Below, piece after piece: positions 54,273-64,000 of a DNA stretch of 64,000 bases (position 1 is its first letter; each line of letters starts with the position of its first letter). Below the pieces are notes generated by a model. It was not told the DNA's origin. It worked only from the letters and a program-made list of their open reading frames with translations, and made no database searches. The translations under genes and the position numbers were made by a program. The DNA is taken from positions 104,718,001 through 104,782,000 of the forward strand of contig OX597819.1 in NCBI GenBank assembly GCA_951406725.2, read 5' to 3'. This DNA is from Octopus vulgaris. Taxonomy: Eukaryota.

Positions 54273-54715
54273 ACATATGTTACTGTATCGTTGTGGCTAT
54301 ATAACATCATCAACACCTGAATATTACTGTCTCGAGTTCTATGAGTCACAAGGCCAGTTATTTGGTTTCCATTGCGCACAATTTCCAAGATCACAATACT
54401 TCCACTGAACGGAGCGCCTGTCCATTACAGGGTTACCCATTTACAGCTGAGCGAACTGGAGCAACGTGAAATGAAGCGCTGTCTGCTCCTTCCTATTTCG
54501 TTCATATTATTGCATGGTTATATTAATGTATGGCTTATATTACAGTATGGTTATATTATTATTTGGTTATATTATTTTATTGTTGTACAGCATGTTTATA
54601 TTACTGTTTTTATATATTACAGTAAAATTCTATTACAGGATCATTATATTGTTGTTTTGTCATATATAGTTACATTACTGCATAGCTACATTTTTGTATA
54701 GTTATTGTATGGTTA

Positions 54716-55056
54716 GTGAAGGCGCATGGCTCAGTGGTTATAGCGTCGGGCTCACAATCAAGAGGTAGTAGGTTCGATTCTCGGACCGGGTTATGTGTTG
54801 TATTATTGAGCAAGGAATTTTATTTTACATTGTTCCAGTTCACTCAGCTGTAGAAATAAGTCGCGATGTCACCGGTACCAAGCTGTATTATTCTTTGCCT
54901 TTCCCTAGGATAACATCGGTAGCGTGGAGAGAGGAGGCTGGTGTGCATGGGCGACTGCTGGTCTTCGATAAACACCCTTGCCTGGACTTGTGCTCTGGAA
55001 GGGTACTTTCTAGGTGCAATCCCACGGTCATTCATGACCGAAGGGGTTCTTTACCC
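54716..55056 (+). mobile_element. full-length tRNA-derived SINE
   Basis: A/B boxes TGGCTCAGTGG and GGTTCGATTC; TSD TGTATGGTTA at 54706-54715 and 55057-55066. Confidence 0.9.
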
Positions 55057-55249
55057 TGTATGGTTATAATACTATATAGTTATTGCATGGTTTCGTTACT
55101 TTATTTTTATGGTATCTATAACAATGTATGGTCATTTGCAATATAGTGACAGAAATTTCTTTATATTACTGTATTATATGATTATATTACCTTATTGATC
55201 AATCATCAAGTAGTGCAAATCGATCAAGCCACCCATCACAATCCCACTC

Positions 55250-56000
55250 AGCATTCAGGATGTTAACAGGGTATCATATCCCGTATCCATACAGAGCTGG
55301 TTGAGGATTGTTTGTGCCTGGCGGAGTAGACATAGGTAGGTATTAGTCACTAACGAGTTCTTGCTTAGCTTTCCAACAAGAATCCTGAAAAACGCATGCA
55401 TCTCTTTTTGATGGCATCAATGACTAAAAGAACATTGCCATACAGTCGGTGCTTGATAGAATGCCTTTTTCACAATGTATTCTCATTGGTCCGTAACATA
55501 TGTAACATGCTTCTGGGTGTTTTGTGAATGTCCAAGCAAAAGACTTTAAAAAAAAACACTGGTTACACATCACGAAATAAGATTCTCTTGAAATCATCAG
55601 GTAGCAGGAAACTTGCAGATGATTCTGAGGTTAACAAGAACATACCATGTTTTGCGAGACGAATTTTTACATCCTTTTTTTAGGTGAATACGATGCTACG
55701 TTTTAAGTATACTCTTTGGTTATACTGCGCAGCCTGTAGATGATTGTGGTGGAAAGAAAAGTGAGACTTGCAGATTACATTTTCCTACTGCCAGAACAGC
55801 GAATATCCAAGACAACTATACAAAGGGTATCACCAGACGGACGAAGAAAGAGAGGAAAGCCTAAGAAGACATGAAGCACCATTTGCGAAGATCTGAAACA
55901 ACTATGCATCATCTGGGAAGATGCAAGCGACTATGCTCAAAACTGGGATATTGGAGACTTCTTGCTGCCCAACTGTACTGGAGGAAGTATGACTAAGGCC
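55250..56000 (+). mobile_element. decayed RTE LINE 3' region
   Basis: DGRRKRGKPKKT...EDLKQLCIIWEDASDYAQN at ~55835-55945 is a typical RTE C-terminus. The 5' limit is uncertain. Confidence 0.6.
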
Positions 56001-56615
56001 AAGTCTCAGATGGTTCTAATGCATTATGTTTATTTTACAACTTGGTTAAAATATTGCAATCCTATGTTGCTTCTTAATATGATTATATTTCTGTAAGTTT
56101 ATATTATTGAATAGTTGTGTTGTTTTTCATGAAATGTGAGGGAAAGCGAGGATATGAGAAGAGAGAAGATGAGATGTATTAGTAAGAGACTATGAGAAAA
56201 CGAGAAAGTTAGAGAGGGCGACAGTTGCAGTTATATTCATTTATATCTACGCTTCTGTTCCTATATTCGTTTACAGAATTTTCGTTGTGTTTTTTTTAGT
56301 TGTTTTATGTTTTCATTTTTCTCTCTCCTTTTTGGTAGTGAGGCGGATGCTCATGTTCATATTGTTTATAAAACAATCAATGCAAAAACGACAACAGAAA
56401 CAACACAGACCAACTCTTCAGAACCACAATTCCAAAGGAAATCAGTGAGTTGATGGACAACAAAAATAAAACTTTTCAGTAAGCTATTTTACTTATATGC
56501 CTGTAAAAAATAAAATACATGCGCATGGAGAGAGAGCGAAGACGAACTCCATTTCACAAAACCGCCACTATTTGACCTCTGGAGAGTACCACAGAAGGGA
56601 TTAAGAGAGACTAAC

Positions 56616-56681
56616 GAAAAATATTCCCTTTAAATAATGAGGACATAAATATATGCTGGATGAGAGGGCCTTTGAAAGCAT
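56616..56681 (-). CDS. candidate upstream exon (66 bp, phase 1-1)
   Basis: Acceptor TCTGGTTTCAG, donor C|GTTAGT; encodes AFKGPLIQHIFMSSLFKGNIF. Confidence 0.3.
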
Positions 56682-56794
56682 CTGAAACCAGATTACCCAG
56701 CTCTTTACCTTTTAATATAGGTTGTGTAAAAATCATGGACAAGGGAGAAGAAAAAAAGTTGATCAATAGGATCGTAATCACAGATAGATAGATG

Positions 56795-56882
<88 letters not shown>

Positions 56883-57023
56883 TGTTTATATGTGTGTATG
56901 CATACAAGGTTTGTACATACAAACATACATACACACTCACACAGTGAAAGTAGTGCGCCAGGTGTTAACTCATAAATTACGTATACAATAATATATTATA
57001 TATGCATACACACACACACACAT

Positions 57024-57092
<69 letters not shown>

Positions 57093-57109
57093 AATATACA
57101 TCCATATAG

Positions 57110-57140
<31 letters not shown>

Positions 57141-57165
57141 TATATATTATATATATAATGTTGAG

Positions 57166-57217
<52 letters not shown>

Positions 57218-57620
57218 CCATTTAGTATTCTTAAAAATTCATTTAGTTTTTGGAGAAAATTCTTTCAATAACCTCTAATTAACGTCAACGAGAAAACGGT
57301 ATTGTTGTTGCTGCTATTGACATTGATGATGATGGTGGAGGTGGTGGTGGTAACGGTGAAGGTGGTGATATGGTTGTGATAGTAGCGGAGATGGTGATAG
57401 TGTCCGTGGTTGTAGAGGTTTGGTGGGTATGTAGGTAATGTGGTAGTGGTAGCTGTGGTGGCGGCAGCGGCAGTGGTGGTGCTGGTGCTGGTGCTGGTGC
57501 TGGTGCTGGTGCTGCTGGTGCTGGTGGTGCTGGTGGTCGTCGTCATGGCTGTGGTCGTGGTCGTGGCTGCGGCGGCGGCACTGATTAATATTGGCATGAT
57601 AGTAATAGATGTTGTTGTTG

Positions 57621-58366
57621 TTGAGCTGGGTACTTGATCCTAAATCCTAAATATAAATATAAATATATATATACATACGAAAGAAGGTTTGAAAATGCAA
57701 TTTAAAAGATGTTTATTTACTTTACCGGTTTCACTCTTTGGAAAATGATTGTCAAAAGTAACATGTAGAAGTTTGGTTCCGTTAATTATTGGTTGTTACA
57801 AATTGCTACATTACATATATACAGTCTTTGGTAACAGCGACATGTTAAGGACATAAAAAAGTTCAACAAGTTCCTTAAAATATTGGGCACAAAGGATTAC
57901 TACATAAATAATCGTTCTCAAGGACATGCTTAAGATAGTTTCCAGAAGGAATTGATATTGGTATTGGTATTGTATCTGTATATTCAAACATGCACAGAAT
58001 ATTGGTTGACACAGAGTACTACGATCCATATAAATATACATTCTTTGGCGACAAGAGCATGTTGAGAATATAAAAAAGTTTAACAAGCTCATTGAAATAA
58101 TGGGCACAAAAGATTACAACAAATATATTATACATTCTCAAGATAATTTCCAGAAGGAATTATTAAAAAAGTTCAGTATACACGTACAGAATATTATGAG
58201 TTCAAAAAGATTTACATTATAATAGTAGTGAAGCTAAAACTGACCTGTCCGCTGTGGTAGCGTAAAAGGAGGAGTAATGTGGAACTGAAAAGAATTTACC
58301 CTTTTTTTTTGTCTCTCCTTCAAGCATCAATGATTTAGGGATCAGGATGGGGTGAGTGTGTGTGTC

Positions 58367-58422
<56 letters not shown>

Positions 58423-58529
58423 TGTGTGTGTACATATATATGTTGAGTGAATAGATGTGTCTGTGTGTCTGTAAGATTTGGTAGGATGATGTGTCCGTTT
58501 GTCAACCGCGTGTAGGGTTGTCTTGGTGT

Positions 58530-58568
<39 letters not shown>

Positions 58569-59871
58569 GTGTGGATGGCATTTGGCATGGTGCTGCGTGT
58601 GTATATGTGTGTCTGTATGGAGGTGAGATTGGTGTGAGTGTTTGTGTCCTTGTGTGTGTGTATATACATGTATACATGTGTTTGTGTGTGGGGGGCTGTT
58701 TTTGATTGGTTCCAGGGTGGTGTAAATAGATGTGTGTTATTTAAAGAATTTTGGGGGATAGGATGGTGTGTGTATATGTGTTCCCGTTTGTGTGTGTGTG
58801 TGAGGATGTGTGTGGTTAATGTTTATTAGTGTGTTGCGTGTGCGTTAGTGTGTATGTGTTTGTTCGTATGTGTGTCCATGTCTGTTGGGTGTATCTGTGT
58901 GGCATGTGTGTATATGCGTTTTGCGTGTGTTGGTATTGAGTATGTATTTGTGTGTGTGCGTACATATGGTGTGGGTGTACGCGTCTTTGTGTGTGTATAT
59001 ATATGTATACATGTGACTACGCGTGTGTGCGGGCCATACATACACACTACATATATATACATATACATATTATACATATACATACTACGCACATATATAC
59101 ATCACACACATACACACCATACATATATATACACCACACATACACACATACAACACATATATACATCTAATATACACACACACAACATACATATATATAA
59201 TACACACACACATATATATATATATGTATATATATATACATGTACGCGTATATACATATATATATACATATATATAAGTATATATATGTATATATATACT
59301 TATATATATGTATGTATATACATATATGTATGTATATATATATGCATATATATATTTATATAAATATATATTTAGACACACATATACATACAAACATATA
59401 TATGCATTTATACACATACATATATTTATAAATATATGTGTATGTATACACACTCGCACACACACATATATGTATATGTATATATACATATATATATATA
59501 TCTATACATATATATATATATAAATATATATATCTATACATATATATAAATATATATATATATCTATACATATATATATATACGTATATAAATGTGTTTG
59601 TACAAAAATGTGTGTATGCATGTATATATGTATGATGCATGCATGTATTTATAAACTCCTTTTTTTATATGTCCGTGTGTTTATGTTTTATACTATTTGT
59701 TTTCATTAACTGTCATCATCGTCATCATCATCATCATCATAATCATCTTTGTTATTATTGTTTATTTTTATTCTTTATTCTACTGTTACTACTTTTACAG
59801 AGAAAAGTTATATTAGTGGTAGCTACTGTTATTGTTCCTTTGAATGTACTTAGGGCTCTCGTTGCTATTAC

Positions 59872-59944
<73 letters not shown>

Positions 59945-59945
59945 T
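57621..59945 (+). repeat. local segmental duplication, copy 2
   Basis: Matches 47491-50327 from TTGAGCTGGGT to the (ATT)n tract. Confidence 0.93.
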
Positions 59946-62900
59946 TTCAGTAGTTTTATTTTTATAGCGTGCTTTCACTTCACTACCGAGCGCAGCTCTG
60001 TGTGCCTTAGGTATATGCTGTGATTTGTTGTGATGCTCTGATGGTTATTGTATGGAAAGTCTTCTGCGTAGGATGTGTGCAGTGCCTAGTAGTGCAATTT
60101 TATGTATGTTATATGTGTTTGTAAGTCCTGGTGTTTTTGTTATGAATTTGTCTGAATATTTTTTATCATGCCTAATGCACCTACTATGATAGGAATTGTT
60201 TCTGTTTTTAGATTCCACATTCTGGTTACCTCTATTTCCAGGTCTTTGTATTTTGAAAGTTTCTCCATTTCTTTTAGAGATACGTTGTCATCTGCCGGTA
60301 TTGATACATCAATTAGAAAGCATTCTTTTTCTTCATGATCTCTGACAACTATATCTGGTCTGTTGGCCTTAATTTCTCTATCTGTGTGTATCGGCATATC
60401 CCAGAGTATGGTTGCTTTCTCGTTTTCTGTGACCTTTTCTGGTGTGTGCCTATACCATCTTTTTTCTGTTGTTATTCCATAATGTTGGCATAGCTTCCAG
60501 TGTTTGTAGGTTCCAACTCTGTCATGTCTGTGAATATATTCCTTCTTAGCCAGGACTGGGCAGCCAGAGATAATATGATTTATTGTTTCTTGTCCATCTC
60601 CACATATTCTGCAGTTACTTGTTATATTTCTTTTCATTACATGCTTTTGGTAATTTCTGGTGGGGAGGCTTTGGTCTTGTGCTGCAATTAAAAATCCCTC
60701 TGTATCTGCTTTGAATCCTGAGCTTCTCAACCATTGCTGGGATTGTTCTTTGTCTATTTCTTTTGCGTTCAGTTTAGTCCAGTATTTACCATGAAGGGGC
60801 TTTTCTTGCCATCATTTTATCATGGTTCGTTGCTGTTCTATTTTTAGTTTGGATTTCATTTGTTTTATAGCTTTTGTTGTTTCTTCATCTTCTTTTTCTT
60901 CTTCATATTTATTAGGTGGTATGATTTCTTGTTTGTATTTATCAGCTTCCTTAAATATTGAGAACAGTTTTTTGTTTTGCTCGTGTTTTGCCGCTATTTG
61001 TATCAGTTTTCCTTCCTTCTGAAGTAGATATTTTTGCAGTCCTATGGTGGTTATTTTATAGTAGTTTTCCAGCTGTATAAGGCCTCTACCACCTTCTATA
61101 CGTTGTATATATAGTCTTTCTATATCAGATGCATCCTAGATCCTGTCATTATTTTTCTTGTTTTTCTATCTATTTTGGTCAGTTCATTTAGTGTCCAGTT
61201 AAGGATATTGTAGCTGTAACTTATAACTGGGACAGCTAAAGTGTTAATACCTATTGTCTTGTTTTTAGCATTGAGCTCTGTTTTTAGTATTGATCTAACT
61301 CGTCTATAATATTCTTTTTTTATTTTCTCTTTCATTTGTATGTATTGTGTCTTATCTAGTTCATGGATTCCTAAGTATTTGTAAGTTTGGCTTTGGTCTA
61401 ATTCTTTTATTTCATTGATTTTATCTAGTGTGATGTTGCTACTCTTAACTAGTTTTCCTCTTTTCATGGTTACTTTGGCGCATTTTTCTAATCCAAATTT
61501 CATATCTATTTCTTTGGTAAATCCATGAACTGTCTTTAATAGCGTTTCCAGCTGTTTGTCATTTGCAGCGTATAGTTTTAGGTCATCCATATATAAAAGG
61601 TGGCTGATCGTTTTGCCGTAACATTTATATCCGCATCCAGTTCTATTTAGCATATCAGATAGAGGTGACAGTGCCAAGCAGAAAAGGAGTGGAGAGAGCG
61701 TGTCTCCCTGGAATATTCCTCTTCTAATGGGGATGGCTTTGGTTTTCATGAGTCCTTCTTTTGTTTGGAGCTGTAGCACTGTTTGCCATTTATTCATAGA
61801 GTGCCCTATGAATTTTATAATTGTTGGTGCTACTTTGTTAATGGCTAGTATTTCGAAGATCCATGTGTGGGGGATGCTATCAAACGCCTTTTTGTAGTCG
61901 ATCCAGGCCATACTGAGGTCTTTCTTCTTTCTGTGGCTGTCTTCAGTTATGGCTTTATTAATCATTAGTTGATCTTTACAGCCATATGAGCCTTTGCGGC
62001 ATCCTTTCTGCTCTTCTGGAAACAGGTTGTTTTCGTTCAGGTGCTTGTTCAACCTTTGCGATATCACTGCAGTAAATGCCTTATACATTGTAGGGAGACA
62101 GGTTAGTGGTCTGTAGTTTTCTGGTTTTGCTGTCTCATTTGATTTGGGAATTAAGATGGTTTTCCCCCTTCGTGAGCCATTCAGGCATTGTCTCTGGCTC
62201 GCTAGTATGTTGTTAAAGTTTTCAGCCAGCTTTTTGTGCATTCCTGTTAGATATTTCAACCAGAGGTTGGGGATCTTGTTATGCCCAGGTGCCTTCCAGT
62301 TGCTTAGTCTTTGCAGTGCCTGGGTGACCTCTTCAGTTGTTATGGGGGTCCAAAGTTGCTCAGATGCTGAGTTTGTTGTTTTAATACTCCTTTTTTTTTT
62401 TGGTTGCTCGTTCGCCGACCATATTTCTCTCCAGAATTCTTCCACTTCTTCTGCTGTTGGTGCTGCAGTGATTTCTATTTTATTTTTGCCAAGTTCTTGG
62501 TAGAAATTTTTGGGGTTGGAGTTGAACTTTTTGTTTTGTTCAAAGAAGCGCTGGCGTTTCTCGTACCGGCGGATCCTTTGTACTTTGGCAAGGATATCTT
62601 GCTTCAGCTTTTCTTTTATCTCAGGTAAATCTTTTTCTGTGATGTTATATTTGCAGAGTATTTTTGTTTTCTTTTTGTTGCTCAGTAGCGTTGATTGTCT
62701 ACTGATTTCATTAAGAATCGACAGATCTTTTCTCATTTTTTGTATTTTGTTTTGGATGTTATTTATCCACAGGGTTTGTTTGGGTAGTGGTACTCCTGTT
62801 TGGATGGGTTTGAGTGAGTATCCAGCTTCTTTTGTGGCTGCAGTGGCTGCTGCGTATACTAAGTCATTTAGCTCAGTGATATCGCTTTTTGTTTCAGTGG

Positions 62901-63550
62901 CTATTAGTTCCGTGACGGCTAGGTTTATGCTGTTTATAATTGGTGTTGTTGTTTCGTCTATTTTGATTTTTGGGAGGTATGGTCGGCGGTCCATTTTGAG
63001 CTCTGTGGTTTTCAGTTCTTTGATTATTTTACTTTTTATATTATCATAATCATTAGGCTCCCCTTCGTTGTTTCCAGCTTCTAGATTTATGTCGCTTTCT
63101 TTCTTATTTATATGTTTGTTCGCCGTGTTTTGGCTTGCTGTTTGTCGTGTATTATTATGCATCCTTACGTTCTGGGTTTGTTGTTTTTTGTTTACATCGT
63201 GTTTGTTGGGAATGTTACGTTTGTCTTCGTGTTTTACTGTTTCAGTGTTTATATTATTGGGCATTGTTGTCTGGCTTCTATCTACATTTTCCTGACGTAT
63301 TTTTTTCTTTTAGATGTTCTATTTCTATTTCTGATATTTTTTTGCGTTGAGAATGTATCTTCGTACGTTAGCTAGTTTATTAGGGTTCATTGCTGTATCC
63401 AAGTCTATATTTATGTTATTTTCCTTCCATATTTTATATGTATGTGTTGTTGTGTTTTCATTTTTTGGGTAGAGCACTGCTGTGAAGTATGCGTGTAGGA
63501 TAGAAATGTATTCCTCACGTGTTCATTTATGTCTTTTGGGTTTTATTTGC
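59946..63550 (-). mobile_element. Dong/R4-clade non-LTR retrotransposon (RT plus restriction-like endonuclease), frameshifted
   Basis: YRPLTCL, EEQKGCRKG, WIDYKKAFDS, GIFQGDTLSP, LYMDDLKL, CCHC finger CRICGDGQETINHIISGC, RHD and RPDIVV..IDVSIP. The 3' end abuts (TAA)n. Confidence 0.95.
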
Positions 63551-63554
63551 AGGA

Positions 63555-64000
63555 CATGAGGAACAACGTTCCAGAGAACAAGGTGTCATCATACCACTTT
63601 TCTCCTCCTTTGTACGGCCACACCTCGAATACTGCTGCCCACTGTGGTCTCCCCATACAAGACAAAACATCTTGAGGATTGAATCACCCCAGAGAGCACG
63701 CACTAAACGAATTGAAGGCATGGCTGCTCTCGATTATTGGGATCGCCTTAAAGCCTTGAAACTCTACTCTCTCCAGCGTCGCCGTGAGCGGTACATCATT
63801 TGTACGATATGGAGAATATACCGCCAACTTTGCCCAAACGACCTGAACATTAGCTTCAAGGTTCATCCAAGACTGGGACCACGGGCCATACGTCCCCTGC
63901 CCAATTCAAGATCACAGCATACATGTACACTACAACATAATTTATTTTCCTCAACAGGCCCTGCCCTATTTAACATTGTCCCGAAAGAGATCAAAGAGGA
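63555..64000 (+). mobile_element. CR1-type LINE 3' region fragment
   Basis: RPHLEYCCPLWSP...LKLYSLQRRRERYII is paralogous to 45795-46160. Confidence 0.88.

Overview
AT-rich, microsatellite-dense eukaryotic DNA. The tRNA-derived SINE families suggest an octopus/cephalopod genome (inference, not verified). Most of the window is decayed mobile DNA: CR1-type LINEs, a near-complete Dong/R4 retrotransposon in (TAA)n, RTE remnants, mariner and DD37D elements, hAT, Chapaev3-like and Helitron-like pieces, and many SINEs. Most ORFs in the supplied track are microsatellite artefacts. The most interesting signal is a dispersed set of type I hammerhead ribozyme (HHR) motifs: 3 with intact cores (10241, 41646, 49588) and 5 decayed. 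All have palindromic or minimal stem III, several have long AU-rich stem II, and several sit in fold-back units in (TA)n tracts, one beside a Penelope-like RT fragment. This looks like a Penelope pLTR/retrozyme-type system. Also found: a candidate minus-strand host gene (short phase-1 exons, hydrophobic C-terminus ending in SKL), a pentameric SINE array inside one 19-bp TSD, a SINE/CR1 shared 3' stem-loop, a perfect 155-bp inverted duplication and a ~2.3 kb local duplication. All alignments and folds were done by eye.
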